Of a DNA stretch of 64,000 bases, positions 27,514-39,301 are shown piece after piece (within the stretch, counting starts at the first letter, position 1; every line of letters begins with the position of its first letter). Made by a program: the position numbers and the translations under genes. The notes under the pieces are model-generated. The model saw only the letters and a list, made by a program, of their open reading frames with translations, did no database searches and was not told where the DNA came from. Origin of the DNA: Parvimonas sp. (GTDB lineage: Bacteria; Bacillota; Clostridia; Tissierellales; Peptoniphilaceae); the NCBI RefSeq assembly GCF_022770425.1, contig NZ_JALEHY010000013.1, one strand, 5' to 3'.

Positions 27514-28398
27514 ATGGCTAAGATATTGAGATGTATTGATGAACATAATTCTATGCGATTTTTTTTCGCATTTACTGATGATGTTGTTAGGGAATTTAAA
27601 AGAGTACAAAAATCAAGTATTTCTTCTGATATAGAAATGGGAAAAATTTTAACAATGAATACTCTTTTATATTCTGATTTAAAAAATAATACGGATAGTA
27701 TTGATATAAAATTAAAAACTAACGGAAAGTGCGGATTGATAATTTCAAAATTATATAACGGTTCTTTCGTTACAGGTTATTTAGAAAATAAAACTTTGGA
27801 AAAGTATGATAAAATTTATAAAATAGGGAAAGTTTCAAAAGATTTTATTGGTGATAAAGGAATTATTGTAATAATAAAGGATTTAGGTCTGAAAACTCCT
27901 TATATCGGGCAGACGAATATTATTTCTGAAAACTTGAGTGAAAATTTCAGTAATTACTTTACAAGTTCAAATCAAACTTTAACAAATGTACATTTAGATG
28001 TGAAACCTTTTAAAAATGAATATGTTTCTTTTGGTTTTATGATGGAGCTTTTACCTAATTATACTGAAAAAGATTTGTCGCAATTTAAGATTTATTCGGA
28101 TATGTTTAAGGAAGAGTTGGACAATTACATTAACGGAAATTTTAAAGATGTAAGTTTTTACGATTATATTTGTTCAATATTGGATATTTTTAAGATTAGA
28201 ATAACTGAAGAAAAAATTATTCATTATAAGTGTAGTTGTAATGATGAAAAGATAGATGATATGCTTTTGAGTCTTGGGAAAAAGGAACTTGATGATATAA
28301 TAAATGAAGGCAAAGATATAGAAATTGCTTGCAACTTTTGTGATAAAAAGTATGTCAGAACTAAAGAAGATATAATCAGAATACTAAAAAATTTGTAA
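27514..28398 (+). CDS. hslO: redox-regulated chaperone Hsp33
   Basis: C-terminal zinc centre CxC...CxxC (YKCSCNDEK ... CNFCDKKY); 294 aa. Confidence 0.85.
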   Translation: MAKILRCIDEHNSMRFFFAFTDDVVREFKRVQKSSISSDIEMGKILTMNTLLYSDLKNNTDSIDIKLKTNGKCGLIISKLYNGSFVTGYLENKTLEKYDKIYKIGKVSKDFIGDKGIIVIIKDLGLKTPYIGQTNIISENLSENFSNYFTSSNQTLTNVHLDVKPFKNEYVSFGFMMELLPNYTEKDLSQFKIYSDMFKEELDNYINGNFKDVSFYDYICSILDIFKIRITEEKIIHYKCSCNDEKIDDMLLSLGKKELDDIINEGKDIEIACNFCDKKYVRTKEDIIRILKNL

Positions 28399-28411
28399 AA
28401 TTTGGAGAAAT

Positions 28412-29764
28412 ATGAAAAAAATAGATTTATTAGATGACAATATTTATAAAAATTTATTCAGGCTTTCGTTACCTATTATGATAACGTCATTTATACAGAT
28501 GTCATATACTCTTATGGATACGTTTTGGGTTGGGAAACTCGGGACGGAAGCGATAGCGGCTGTTGGAATTGTTGCTTTTATTATGTGGTTTGCTAATTCT
28601 TTAGTTTTAGTTTCAAAAACCGGAATTGAAATAGGTGTAGCTTACAGTATAGGTGCAAAAGATGACAGACAATTTAGAAAATACATTGATACGTCTTTTG
28701 TTATAAATTTAGCTATGTCAACTACTTTTGGACTTCTATTATTTATATTCAGAACGGAAATTATTGCTTTTTTTAATATGAAATCGTCAATAGTATTAGC
28801 TAATGCGGATAAATATTTAAAAATTGTTCTTTTAGGAATGCCGTTTACATTTTTAAATCCTGTTTTTTCAGGTATATTTAACGGATCGGCTAATAGTAAA
28901 GTTCCATTTATTGCAAATTCTTGCGGACTTTTTATAAATATAATTTTAGATCCTTTATTGATTTATGGTTTTTTTGGATTTCCTGAATTAGGAATCAGTG
29001 GAGCGGCATTTGCGACAACTTTTTCACAAATGGTTGTGACTTTTATATTTTTGATTTTTGCGATTAAGGATTCTAAAATTTTAAAAGGGTTTAATATGCT
29101 CAAAAATTTTGATTATTCGGTATTTAAAGAAGTATTAAAACTTGGAATACCTACTGCATTTAAATCGTGTATATTTGCATTTATATCTACTGTCTTATTA
29201 AGAATAATTGCAAATTGGGGAGAGAGTGCTGTTGCAGCAGAAAATGTTGCTGTTCAGATTGAGGCGATTAACTGGATGACTGTTGAAGGATTTTCTATTG
29301 CTCTTTGTGCACTTGTTGGTCAAAATTACGGTGCAAAAAATTATAAAAATATTACAGACGGTTATAAAAAAGGACTTAAAATTATATTGTCAATTGGAAT
29401 TTTTTGCTCTTTCTTTTTGTATTTTTCTTCCGATTATATAATGAAATTATTTATAAAAACGGACCTAAATACAATAAATATGGGAATTAGTTATCTTAAA
29501 ATTTTAGCTTTTTCTGAAATATTTTTAGCTTTGGAAATTGGAATTTCAGGTATGTTTAATGGGTTAAAAAATACGAAAACTCCTACGATAATAAGTACAC
29601 TTTGTAATGCGCTTAGAATTCCGCTTGCATATTTAGTTTATTATAACGGACTTTCAATAGAGTATATTTGGTTTGTAATTTCATTTTGTACATTTTTAAA
29701 AGGAATGTCGAATTTTATTGCATTTAAGTATTTTATAAAGAAAAATTTTGACTTTTCTTTATAA
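28412..29764 (+). CDS. MATE-family efflux transporter
   Basis: 12-TM-like 450-aa protein with a typical MATE N-terminus (LFRLSLPIMITSFIQMSYTLMDTFWVGKLG). Confidence 0.85.
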   Translation: MKKIDLLDDNIYKNLFRLSLPIMITSFIQMSYTLMDTFWVGKLGTEAIAAVGIVAFIMWFANSLVLVSKTGIEIGVAYSIGAKDDRQFRKYIDTSFVINLAMSTTFGLLLFIFRTEIIAFFNMKSSIVLANADKYLKIVLLGMPFTFLNPVFSGIFNGSANSKVPFIANSCGLFINIILDPLLIYGFFGFPELGISGAAFATTFSQMVVTFIFLIFAIKDSKILKGFNMLKNFDYSVFKEVLKLGIPTAFKSCIFAFISTVLLRIIANWGESAVAAENVAVQIEAINWMTVEGFSIALCALVGQNYGAKNYKNITDGYKKGLKIILSIGIFCSFFLYFSSDYIMKLFIKTDLNTINMGISYLKILAFSEIFLALEIGISGMFNGLKNTKTPTIISTLCNALRIPLAYLVYYNGLSIEYIWFVISFCTFLKGMSNFIAFKYFIKKNFDFSL

Positions 29765-29769
29765 AACTA

Positions 29770-29798
29770 TTGAAAAAAAATAGATTTTGTGTTATAGT
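29770..29798 (+). promoter_or_regulatory. candidate promoter TTGAAA-17-TATAGT for the T-box leader
   Basis: Motifs and spacing read directly from the sequence. Confidence 0.4.
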
Positions 29799-29839
29799 AT
29801 TTTTATTATTTTTATTTTATAAAATTGTTGATTAAAAGT

Positions 29840-30027
29840 AGTAAATAAAACGAAATTCAAAGAGAGCTGTTGGTTGGTGTTAAACAGTAATTTTATTTTA
29901 TTGAACTTGTTTATGAAATGTTTATGCCGTTGATTACGTTATAATCAAAAAGTGAGTGTATACTAATTAGAGTGGTACCGCGGAAATAACAACTTTCGTC
30001 TCTTTGTGAGACGGAAGTTTTTTTATT
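29840..30027 (+). promoter_or_regulatory. T-box leader (tRNA-Leu-responsive) with terminator
   Basis: AGAGA element at about 29861. Conserved T-box AATTAGAGTGGTACCGCGG at 29965-29983. Terminator stem TTCGTCTC/GAGACGGAA at 29994-30016 followed by a T-run. Candidate CTT (Leu) specifier at 29906-29908. Confidence 0.8.
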
Positions 30028-30143
30028 TTTTATTATAAAACAGCAAGTTTTAATTTGTTATTTGATTAAATATATCTATGGTAAATAAAATTTTTATTGT
30101 CAAATTTTAAAATTAAAATATAAATCGGATTTTGGAGGTATTT

Positions 30144-32555
30144 ATGAAAAATTATAATCCTAAAGAAATTGAAAAAAAATGGCAAGATATATGGGACGAA
30201 AAAAAGCCATTTAAATCAGAAATTAATGATAAGAAAAAGTTTTATGCTTTGATTGAATTTCCTTATCCGTCAGGACAAGGACTTCACGTTGGTCATCCAA
30301 GACCTTACACTGCAATGGATGTTGTAAGCAGAAAAAGAAGGCTTCAGGGAGAAAATGTACTTTTTACAATGGGTTGGGATGCTTTTGGACTTCCAACTGA
30401 AAATTATGCTATGAAAAATAAAATTCATCCTGAAGAAGTTACTAAAATGAATATTAAAAATTTTAAAAAACAATTAAAAAGTATTGGCTTTTCTTTTGAT
30501 TGGGACAGAGAAATAAATACAACAGATCCTAATTACTACAAATGGACTCAGTGGATTTTTATGAAAATGTTTGAAAAGGGATTGGCTTATAAAACAGAAA
30601 TGCCGATAAATTTTTGTACATCTTGTAAAGTTGGACTTTCAAATGAGGAAGTGGTAGGAGGTTGCTGTGAAAGATGTGGTGGAGAAGTAATTCATAAGGT
30701 TAAAAATCAATGGATGTTAAAAATAACCGAATATGCAGATAGACTTATCGATGATCTTGAAGATGTGGATTTTATTGATAGAGTAAAAACACAACAAATA
30801 AATTGGATTGGAAGAAGTTATGGAATGGAAGTTAAATTTAAACTTAAAAATGTTGATGATACACTTTTAGTCTATACTACAAGACCTGATACAATTTTCG
30901 GAGCGACTTATATGGTAATTTCTCCGGAGCATCCTTTTTTAAATAAATATGTTGAAAAAATAAAAAATATTTCTGAAATTAATGATTATATTAAAGAAGT
31001 TGAGAAAAAATCCGAGTTTGAAAGAACTGAAATGAATAAGGATAAAACCGGAGTTAAAATTGATGGATTAAGTGCTGTAAATCCATGTACAAATAAAGAA
31101 ATCCCTATTTTCATTTCAGATTATGTTTTAATGACTTATGGAAGTGGGGCTATAATGGCAGTTCCTGCACATGATACAAGAGATTTTGATTTTGCAAAAA
31201 AATTTGGTTGTGATATTGTAGAAGTTGTAAGCGGTGGAGAAAATGTTCAAGAAAAACCATACACTGATACTGAAACAGGTATAATGGTAAATTCAGATTT
31301 TTTAAATGGACTTTCTGTAAAAGATGCAAAAGAGAAAATTTTTGAATATCTTTCAAAAATAGGAATAGGAAATAAAAAAACTAATTTCAAACTTAGAGAT
31401 TGGGTCTTTTCAAGACAAAGATATTGGGGAGAACCGATTCCGTTGGTAAATTGTGAAAACTGTGGTTGGGTTGCGATTCCTGAAGAAGAATTACCGCTTA
31501 AATTACCGGAATTGGAATCTTTTGAACCTACGGAAACAGGAGAATCTCCTCTTTCAAAAATTGATGAATTTGTTAATTGTACTTGTCCTAAATGTGGAGG
31601 AAAAGCAAAAAGAGAAACTGATACAATGCCACAATGGGCAGGTTCTTCTTGGTATTATTTAAGATATATGGATCCTAATAATGATAAAGAAATTGCAAGT
31701 AAAGAAGCACTTGATTATTTTGGACCTGTTGATTGGTATAACGGTGGAATGGAACATACTACATTACATTTGTTGTATTCAAGATTTTGGCATAAATTTT
31801 TATACGATATCGGTGTTGTTAGTACCAAAGAACCTTATTTAAAGAGAACTTCTCATGGAATGATACTTGGCGAAAACGGAGAAAAAATGTCTAAGTCAAG
31901 AGGAAATGTAATAAATCCTGACGAAATGATAGATAAATACGGTGCAGATGCTCTTAGATGTTATGAAATGTTTCTTGGAGATTTTGAAAGAAGTGCTTCA
32001 TGGTCTGACGGTGGTATAAACGGGTGCAGGAAATTTTTAGAAAGAGTTTGGAAACTTCAAGATATTACAAATTCATCAAAAGAAATTACAAAATCTTTGG
32101 AAAAATCAATTCATAAGACAATTAAAAAAGTAAGTCAAGATTTTGAAACTTTAAAATTTAATACTGCAATAGCTCAACTTATGACTTTAATCAATGAATA
32201 TTATTCACTTGGAGAAATAAGTGAGAAAGATTTAAAGATATTTTTGATTTTGTTAAATCCTGTTTCTCCTCATATTACAGAAGAAATTTGGGAAAATATG
32301 AAATTTGATGACTATATCTTTTCTCAAACTTGGCCACAATATGATGAGTCTAAAACAATTGATACAGAAATTGAAATGCCGATTCAAATAAACGGAAAAG
32401 TGAGAGCAACTTTAACTATTTCAAAAGATGCAAAGTTTGAAGACTTTAAAGAAGAATTGTATGAAAATGAAAGTGTTAGAAAATTTGTGGAAGGGAAAAA
32501 TATTGTAAAAGAAATATTTGTTCCCGGTAAAATTTGTAACATAGTTATAAAATAA
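30144..32555 (+). CDS. leuS: leucyl-tRNA synthetase
   Basis: HIGH-type motif ([10 protein letters not shown]), KMSKS, CP1 editing domain, Zn-finger Cys pairs. GGAGG RBS before ATG 30144. Confidence 0.95.
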   Translation: MKNYNPKEIEKKWQDIWDEKKPFKSEINDKKKFYALIEFPYPSGQGLHVGHPRPYTAMDVVSRKRRLQGENVLFTMGWDAFGLPTENYAMKNKIHPEEVTKMNIKNFKKQLKSIGFSFDWDREINTTDPNYYKWTQWIFMKMFEKGLAYKTEMPINFCTSCKVGLSNEEVVGGCCERCGGEVIHKVKNQWMLKITEYADRLIDDLEDVDFIDRVKTQQINWIGRSYGMEVKFKLKNVDDTLLVYTTRPDTIFGATYMVISPEHPFLNKYVEKIKNISEINDYIKEVEKKSEFERTEMNKDKTGVKIDGLSAVNPCTNKEIPIFISDYVLMTYGSGAIMAVPAHDTRDFDFAKKFGCDIVEVVSGGENVQEKPYTDTETGIMVNSDFLNGLSVKDAKEKIFEYLSKIGIGNKKTNFKLRDWVFSRQRYWGEPIPLVNCENCGWVAIPEEELPLKLPELESFEPTETGESPLSKIDEFVNCTCPKCGGKAKRETDTMPQWAGSSWYYLRYMDPNNDKEIASKEALDYFGPVDWYNGGMEHTTLHLLYSRFWHKFLYDIGVVSTKEPYLKRTSHGMILGENGEKMSKSRGNVINPDEMIDKYGADALRCYEMFLGDFERSASWSDGGINGCRKFLERVWKLQDITNSSKEITKSLEKSIHKTIKKVSQDFETLKFNTAIAQLMTLINEYYSLGEISEKDLKIFLILLNPVSPHITEEIWENMKFDDYIFSQTWPQYDESKTIDTEIEMPIQINGKVRATLTISKDAKFEDFKEELYENESVRKFVEGKNIVKEIFVPGKICNIVIK

Positions 32556-32576
32556 AAATTTCAAATTGAAAATTAA

Positions 32577-32614
32577 AAATTCCTCAAGGTTAATCTTGAG
32601 GAATTTGTTTTTTT
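32577..32614. terminator. bidirectional terminator; right arm overlaps the 3' end of the minus-strand gene
   Basis: AAATTCCTCAAG/CTTGAGGAATTT stem followed by a T-run. Confidence 0.65.
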
Positions 32615-33159
32615 AATAATTTTTTTACTATTAAAGGAACTAAAAATGCGGATGCGATTATTTCTGCAACTCCATTTGAAAGTGCAATTCCGATTAAAAA
32701 TTTTGCAGGATTTATTTTAAGTACATCATATATTTGTTCGGCACAAAAAATATAAGCAAAAAACAATACTCCGAAAGTATTGACTAATGTTCCGAGAATT
32801 GAAGGAATTATAACGGTGAGTATATTATCTGTATATTTTTTGATAAATTTATATGAAAAATAAGATATAATTCCTATCATTGCACGTGGAAGTACAGAAA
32901 CAAATGGGTTTATAAACATAAAAGACAATGGACTAACGCCAAGTAAATGTTGACAAAATGAAAATAAACCGAATATAAATCCTACAAAAAGAGAAACTAA
33001 CGGACCTTCGGTTAATGCAATAATGATAATTGGGATATGTACTGTTGTTACTCTTATAGCACCTATGGGTATAAATCCCAAAGGAGAAAGTGATAATATG
33101 ATTACTAAGGCACTTAGAATTCCTATTTTTGCAATTGATTTTGTTGAAATGTTTTTCAT
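32590..33159 (-). CDS. ECF-transporter S component-like membrane protein (substrate unknown)
   Basis: 189 aa with about 5-6 TM segments and an N-terminal pattern typical of ECF S components. No riboswitch recognised upstream. Confidence 0.55.
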   Translation of the reverse strand: MKNISTKSIAKIGILSALVIILSLSPLGFIPIGAIRVTTVHIPIIIIALTEGPLVSLFVGFIFGLFSFCQHLLGVSPLSFMFINPFVSVLPRAMIGIISYFSYKFIKKYTDNILTVIIPSILGTLVNTFGVLFFAYIFCAEQIYDVLKINPAKFLIGIALSNGVAEIIASAFLVPLIVKKLLKKQIPQD

Positions 33160-33331
33160 TATTAATACTCCTTAAATTGTTATAATAAGTCGCAACTATT
33201 ATAACATAAATTTTAGAAATTTTAAAATACAATTTATGGTCTTTAAGTTGATGTAAATGGAGAGCTTTATTTGCAAAATAGTATTAAAAAGTGTTATAAT
33301 ATAGTAAAATTTTAGAGAATGGAGGTAGATT

Positions 33332-34072
33332 ATGAAACCAGTTATTATAGGGATTTCCGGAAGTATTTTAGTTAATAAGGGAGATACTTTTTCAGGATAT
33401 AAAAGAGCATATGTTAATCAAGATTATGTTGAATCTGTTTTAAGAGCAGGAGCAATTCCTTTTATTATACCTTTTAATGAGGATTTAGAAATTACAAAAC
33501 TTATGGTAGAAAAAGTTGATGGAGTAATTTTGTCAGGTGGTCACGATGTAGAACCGTCAAATTATGGAGAAAATCCTTTGAAGAAAATCGGCGAAGTTTT
33601 TCCGCAAAGGGATGATTTTGATATGACTATATATAATGCTGCTATTGAACTAAAAAAACCGATATTTGGGATTTGTAGAGGATTTCAAATTATTAATGTA
33701 GTTAATGGCGGAACTTTATATCAAGATTTGTCTTATGCTGATTTTGTAAAACTAAAACATGATCAAAGGGATAATCCGGCTCAAGTTACGCATTCTATTG
33801 AACTTGAAGAAGGGACATTTCTTTTTGACATACTTGGGAAAAATGCTAAAGTAAACAGTTTCCATCACCAAATCGTAAAGGATGTGGCAAACGGATTTAA
33901 AGTTGTTGCTAAAAGTCCTGATGGAGTTGTAGAATCAATTCAAAAAATTGATGAAGATACATTTGTCATAGGTGTGCAGTGGCATCCTGAAATGTTATCA
34001 TCAACTTACAAAGATTTTCAAAATATTTTTGACGAATTTGTTAAAATCGTTGAAAAAAGAAAAAATATGTAG
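33332..34072 (+). CDS. gamma-glutamyl-GABA hydrolase-like class I glutamine amidotransferase (peptidase C26, PuuD family)
   Basis: Nucleophile elbow GICRGFQ, QWHPE His-Glu motif. Confidence 0.8.
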   Translation: MKPVIIGISGSILVNKGDTFSGYKRAYVNQDYVESVLRAGAIPFIIPFNEDLEITKLMVEKVDGVILSGGHDVEPSNYGENPLKKIGEVFPQRDDFDMTIYNAAIELKKPIFGICRGFQIINVVNGGTLYQDLSYADFVKLKHDQRDNPAQVTHSIELEEGTFLFDILGKNAKVNSFHHQIVKDVANGFKVVAKSPDGVVESIQKIDEDTFVIGVQWHPEMLSSTYKDFQNIFDEFVKIVEKRKNM

Positions 34073-34172
34073 TTTTTTAGTATAGTTATTATTTTTTTAT
34101 TTAGTTTATATTTTAGGTATGAATTTGTATTATTAAAAATAACTTACTCATTTAAAAGTAGGAGGAAATTTA

Positions 34173-35558
34173 ATGAATAAGAAAAAAATAGGATTTTGGT
34201 CAATTGTACTTTTAACCATAAATTCAATAATAGGAACGGGTATATTTTTATCACCCGGTAGCGTTGCAAAATCAGCGGGTACGCAGGCACCTATGATTTA
34301 TTTAGTTGCAGCAGTATTTACATCAGTTTTAGCAATTACTTTTGCATCTGCTGCAAAATATGTAACAAAAAGTGGTGCTGCGTATGCTTATGTAAAAGCT
34401 GCTTTTGGAAATACTTTAGGACAATATGTCGGTGTTACAAGAGTAATTGCCGCAAGTATAGCATGGGGAACAATGGGAACATTCGTAGTCAGAACCACTT
34501 TAAAAATATTTGGTTTTGATTCTGCTAACTTAACTTATGTTACAGTAGGTTTTTTAGTTTTGATGTCAATTTTATTATTAATTAATATCTTTGGAACAAG
34601 ATTATTAACTGTTATAAGTGATATTTCTACAATAGGAAAAGTTTTGGCTTTGTTGGTTACTATTTTTGCAGGAATTGCTATTTTGGTTTATACCGGTAAG
34701 TCTAACATTTCTGATATAAATTTATTAAAGGCAGCAGATGGTTCTCCATTGATTAAAGAAATGTCTGCAACTGCTTTTGTAACAGCCGTAATAGCCGCAT
34801 TTTATGCTTTTACAGGATTTGAATCAGTTGCGAGTGGTTCACAAGATATGGAAAATCCTGAAAAGAATTTACCAAAGGCTATTCCATTGGCGATCGGAAT
34901 TATTGCTGCGATTTATTTTGGAATTGTTTTAGTGGGTATGCATGTAAATCCTGTTGCATTGGTTCAATCAAAAGAAGTAGTTGTTTTGGCTTCTATTTTT
35001 ACTAATCCTATATTAGAAAAAGTTGTAGTTTTAGGTGCTTTAGTATCAATGTTTGGAATAAATGTAGCTGCATCTTTCCATACACCACGTGTATTGGAAG
35101 CAATGGCAAAGGAAAAACAAGTTCCGGAAATATTTGCAAAAAGAATGTCAAATGATTTACCGTTACCTGCATTTTTGTTTACTGCATTTTTTGCTATAAT
35201 TATTCCTTTAAGTTTTAGATATGATTCAACAGGAATCGCAATTATTAGTTCGATTTCACGTTTTGTTCAATTTTTAATTGTACCTTTAGCTGTAGTAGTT
35301 TTCTATTACGGAAAATCAAAAGAAACTATTTTAGATTCTAAAAAGAGTGTTGTAACAGATGTTATTATTCCAATACTGGCACTAATATTTTCAGTATTAC
35401 TTCTTGTAAAATTTGATTGGAAAGGACAATTTTCGATTAAAGATGCAAGTGGTGCGGTTGTAACAAATACAAAAGCAATCATTTCAATGATTGTTGGTTA
35501 TGTTGTATTACCTGTTATTATGTTTGTATATACAAAAATGAGAAAAGAAAACAGATAA
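34173..35558 (+). CDS. APC-family amino acid permease
   Basis: 461 aa, 12-TM-like, with an N-terminal GTGIFLSPG motif. Confidence 0.8.
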   Translation: MNKKKIGFWSIVLLTINSIIGTGIFLSPGSVAKSAGTQAPMIYLVAAVFTSVLAITFASAAKYVTKSGAAYAYVKAAFGNTLGQYVGVTRVIAASIAWGTMGTFVVRTTLKIFGFDSANLTYVTVGFLVLMSILLLINIFGTRLLTVISDISTIGKVLALLVTIFAGIAILVYTGKSNISDINLLKAADGSPLIKEMSATAFVTAVIAAFYAFTGFESVASGSQDMENPEKNLPKAIPLAIGIIAAIYFGIVLVGMHVNPVALVQSKEVVVLASIFTNPILEKVVVLGALVSMFGINVAASFHTPRVLEAMAKEKQVPEIFAKRMSNDLPLPAFLFTAFFAIIIPLSFRYDSTGIAIISSISRFVQFLIVPLAVVVFYYGKSKETILDSKKSVVTDVIIPILALIFSVLLLVKFDWKGQFSIKDASGAVVTNTKAIISMIVGYVVLPVIMFVYTKMRKENR

Positions 35559-35589
35559 TTTTAAAAATTAATTTTTTACAGTAAACTTA

Positions 35590-35623
35590 AAGTCAAAGTT
35601 TTAATCAACTTTGACTTTTTATT
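35590..35623 (+). terminator. rho-independent terminator
   Basis: AAGTCAAAGTT/AACTTTGACTT stem followed by a T-run. Confidence 0.75.
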
Positions 35624-35747
35624 TTGTAGATTCAAATAAAAAATATGATGAATAAATATTTTGTTGTATTTATTGTAATTAAACTGTTTTTATTGTATAA
35701 TAATTACTAACGGAAAAAATTCCTATATTTTAAAGGAGGGCTATGAC

Positions 35748-37283
35748 TTGTCTGAAGGTACTATTAACAACAGTATAGTAGTTATGAATAATATTAGCAA
35801 AATTTTCGGTAGTAATAAAGTTTTAGATAGTGTTAATTTTGAACTTAAAAAAGGAGAAATTCATGCTTTATTAGGAGAAAATGGTGCAGGCAAAACTACT
35901 TTAATGAACATTTTATATGGACTTTATTCTCCAAATGACGGAGAAATTTATATTAACTCTAAGAAATTTGATAGTATGACCCCTAAGATTGCTGTTGAAA
36001 ATGGTATAGGTATGGTACATCAACATTTTATGTTGATAGAACCTTTTACTGTTTTACAGAATATCGTTTTAGGTACAGAGGATACTAAAGGAGCTTTTAT
36101 TGATTTTGAAAAATCAAGAGTTAAGGTTATGAAAATAATCGAAAAATATGGATTTAACATTGATTTAAATTCAAAGATTCAAGATATAACCGTTGGTTCT
36201 CAACAAAAAGTAGAAATTTTAAAGGCATTGTATAAAGGTGCACAGATAATAATATTTGATGAACCAACTGCTGTGTTGACACCACAAGAAATAAATGAAT
36301 TTATAAATATATGCAATAATCTTAAAGCTGAAGGTAAGTCTATTATAGTCATTACACATAAATTAGATGAAATAAAGAAAATGGCTGATTATTGTACGAT
36401 TATTAGACGTGGAAAGTTTATTGATAAAATTACTGTTGTAAATTCTTCAGAGAAAGAACTTGCTGAAAAAATGGTGGGAAGAGAAGTAAACTTTAAAGTT
36501 GATAAAAAAGATATTGAAATTGGGGAAATTGTTTTAGAAATTGAAAATTTAAATGTTTTGGATAACAGAGATTTACCTGTTCTTAACAATCTTAGTTTAA
36601 ATGTTAGACGAGGAGAAATTTTAGGTATTGCGGGAGTTGACGGTAATGGACAGTCTGAATTGATTGAAGCTATAACCGGACTTAGAAAAGTTCAGTCAGG
36701 TAATATCAACATATTAGGTAAAGATATTACCAACAAATCAGTTTCCGATATTATAGAAAGCGGTATAAGTACAATACCTGAAGACAGACAAAAAAGTGGT
36801 CTTGTTTTAGACTTTACTATTGCTGAAAATATGATTTTGGAAAAAAGAAATAAAGAACCGTTTTCGAAGAAGGGTATTTTGAATTTTAAAGAAATAAATG
36901 ATTATGCAAAGTCAATGATTGATAAATTCGATATAAGACCTAATGATACTCAAGCGATAGTTGGTGGACTTTCGGGAGGAAATCAACAGAAGGTAATATT
37001 AGCCAGAGAAATAGATAATAATCCTGATTTGTTAATAGCTGCACAGCCTACAAGAGGACTTGATGTCGGAGCGATCGAAATAATTCACAAATATATTGTT
37101 CAGCAAAGAGATAATGGAAAGGCTGTTTTACTCATTTCATTCGAATTGGATGAAGTAATGGACTTATCAGATAGAATAGCTGTCATATACAAAGGAAGTA
37201 TTGTTGGAGAAAGACTTTCAAAAGATGCAAATGAAAATGATCTTGGTTTAATGATGGCGGGAGGTAAAGCAGATGAACAATAA
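35748..37283 (+). CDS. ABC transporter ATP-binding protein with two NBDs (BMP/nucleoside-sugar type)
   Basis: Two Walker A/signature/Walker B sets (GENGAGKTT ... IFDEPT; GVDGNGQSE ... LSGGNQQK). Confidence 0.85.
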   Translation: MSEGTINNSIVVMNNISKIFGSNKVLDSVNFELKKGEIHALLGENGAGKTTLMNILYGLYSPNDGEIYINSKKFDSMTPKIAVENGIGMVHQHFMLIEPFTVLQNIVLGTEDTKGAFIDFEKSRVKVMKIIEKYGFNIDLNSKIQDITVGSQQKVEILKALYKGAQIIIFDEPTAVLTPQEINEFINICNNLKAEGKSIIVITHKLDEIKKMADYCTIIRRGKFIDKITVVNSSEKELAEKMVGREVNFKVDKKDIEIGEIVLEIENLNVLDNRDLPVLNNLSLNVRRGEILGIAGVDGNGQSELIEAITGLRKVQSGNINILGKDITNKSVSDIIESGISTIPEDRQKSGLVLDFTIAENMILEKRNKEPFSKKGILNFKEINDYAKSMIDKFDIRPNDTQAIVGGLSGGNQQKVILAREIDNNPDLLIAAQPTRGLDVGAIEIIHKYIVQQRDNGKAVLLISFELDEVMDLSDRIAVIYKGSIVGERLSKDANENDLGLMMAGGKADEQ

Positions 37284-38358
37284 GAAAAAAATATTTATGT
37301 TGTTATTTTCTGTTATTATTGGATTTGTTGTGGGTTCAATAGTAATAAGTATTGCCGGATTTAATCCGTTGGAATATTATAAAATTATTTTAGAAACAAC
37401 TTTTTCAAAACCTAAATTTTTCGGAAGAACCTTGGTTGATGCCGTTCCGTTAGTAATTGGTAGTATAGGTGTTTCATTGGCGTTTAAAACAGGAGCTTTT
37501 AATATAGGTGCAGAAGGACAATTTATAGTGGGAGCTTTGACTGCAGCGTTTTTTGGATATTTTTTAAAACTTCCACCTATAATACACCCTATTGTATGTA
37601 TACTGTTAGCTGCATTGGCAGGTATGCTTTGGGGAGGTTTTGCTGGTTGGGTTAAGGCAAAATTTGGAGTTCATGAAGTAATAACAACGATAATGCTTAA
37701 CTGGATTGCCTTATATTTTTCAAATTTAGTTGTTACTTTTGGCAGTTTTTATAACGAAAATGCCCAAGCTTCAAATGAAATCAGAGAAACCGCAAGTATA
37801 AAAATGTTTCAAGGCCTAAAAGAGTCATCCAATTCGTTTATAAAAGGATTTTTTTCATCAGATATAAATTTTGGTGTTTTCTTGATGATTATATTAGCTA
37901 TTTTAGTTTATTATTTGCTTAATAAAACATCTAAAGGTTATGAATTAAAAGCTGTTGGATTGAATCCGCAAGCGGCTGAATTCGGTGGAATAAATGTCAG
38001 TAAAAATTTAATTTTATCTATGGGAATGTCAGGAGCGTTATGTGCCATTGCCGGAGCGGTTAAAGTTTTGGGATTTGCCGGTAACGTTGCAAGATTAACT
38101 GTTATGGAAGGAAATGGATTCGATTCTATGTCTGTAGCATTGCTTGCAAATAGTAGTCCTATAGGTTCCATATTTTCCGGATTTTTCTTTAGTATTTTAA
38201 GACGTGGAGGATTTAGAGTTCAACAAGTATTAGGGGTTCCTTATGAAATCGTTCAAATAATTATAGGTATAATTGTTTTATTTATATCAATGCCGTTATT
38301 TATAAGAATTATTTCAAAGAAATTTAACAAAAATAAAAAGGTAGGAGGTAAAAATTAA
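37273..38358 (+). CDS. ABC transporter permease (BMP/nucleoside type)
   Basis: Polytopic membrane protein overlapping its neighbouring genes. Confidence 0.8.
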   Translation: MNNKKKIFMLLFSVIIGFVVGSIVISIAGFNPLEYYKIILETTFSKPKFFGRTLVDAVPLVIGSIGVSLAFKTGAFNIGAEGQFIVGALTAAFFGYFLKLPPIIHPIVCILLAALAGMLWGGFAGWVKAKFGVHEVITTIMLNWIALYFSNLVVTFGSFYNENAQASNEIRETASIKMFQGLKESSNSFIKGFFSSDINFGVFLMIILAILVYYLLNKTSKGYELKAVGLNPQAAEFGGINVSKNLILSMGMSGALCAIAGAVKVLGFAGNVARLTVMEGNGFDSMSVALLANSSPIGSIFSGFFFSILRRGGFRVQQVLGVPYEIVQIIIGIIVLFISMPLFIRIISKKFNKNKKVGGKN

Positions 38359-39296
38359 TGAATTTTTGGGATTTTATTGCATTATTTATTTCAGATACAT
38401 TGTTATTTGCAACTCCGCTTTTGTTTACTGCTTTGGGAGGAATGTTCACTGAAAAGTCAGGTGTTACAAATATAGGATTAGAAGGTATGATGACGATAGG
38501 TGCATTTTTTGGAGCGGCAGTCGGTTACTTTACAGGAAGTGCAGTGCTTGGCTTTTTAGCAGGTGGTCTTGCTTCAGCACTTGTTGCATTGATTCATGCT
38601 ATTGTTAGTATAACTTTTGGAGCGGATCAAACTGTTTCAGGTATTGCCATAAATTTTATAGGACCTGGATTTGCACTATTTATGTGTTCTTTATTGTTTG
38701 ACGGAGCAAAACAAACCAAACCCGTTGGTCAAAATGCCGGTAAAATGTATAAAATTTTTGATAATTTAACCGGAAGTTCAAATATTGACAGAATTTTAGG
38801 ACAATATGTTACAACATATATTGCAATTGCACTTGTTGTACTTATATCTGTGTATCTTTATAAAACGAAGTTCGGACTTAGATTAATTGCAGTTGGGGAA
38901 CACCCTAAAGCTGCTGAAACCTTAAATGTAAATGTTATCAGATACAGATATTTTGCTGTAATCGTATCAGGAATTCTTGCAGGATTTGGTGGTGCGACTA
39001 TGAGTTTGGCAACTGTTTCGAATTTTACTCAAAGTTTAGTTTCAGGACACGGCTTTATTGCGTTAGTAGCTGTAATTTTTGGTAAATGGAAGCCTTATGG
39101 AGTTTTAGGTGCTTGTTTATTTTTCGGTGCAGCACAAGAGCTTGCTATTTTGTTACCTTCCTTGAAGGTTAATGTGCCTGAAGGCTTATTACCTATGATT
39201 CCTTATATAAGTACATTATTAATACTTATGTTCTTTGTAGGTAAATCAAAAGCTCCTTCTTCAGCAGGTGTACCATATTTAAAATTAGAAGACTAA
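38358..39296 (+). CDS. ABC transporter permease (BMP/nucleoside type)
   Basis: Polytopic membrane protein; ATGA overlap with the upstream gene. Confidence 0.8.
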   Translation: MNFWDFIALFISDTLLFATPLLFTALGGMFTEKSGVTNIGLEGMMTIGAFFGAAVGYFTGSAVLGFLAGGLASALVALIHAIVSITFGADQTVSGIAINFIGPGFALFMCSLLFDGAKQTKPVGQNAGKMYKIFDNLTGSSNIDRILGQYVTTYIAIALVVLISVYLYKTKFGLRLIAVGEHPKAAETLNVNVIRYRYFAVIVSGILAGFGGATMSLATVSNFTQSLVSGHGFIALVAVIFGKWKPYGVLGACLFFGAAQELAILLPSLKVNVPEGLLPMIPYISTLLILMFFVGKSKAPSSAGVPYLKLED

Positions 39297-39301
39297 ATTT
39301 T

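Noticed and set aside
35748-39296. BMP/nucleoside-type ABC transporter lacking an adjacent substrate-binding lipoprotein, as an anomaly
   Set aside because: The binding protein is often encoded elsewhere or upstream of a terminator in Firmicutes. There is nothing unusual in the sequence itself.
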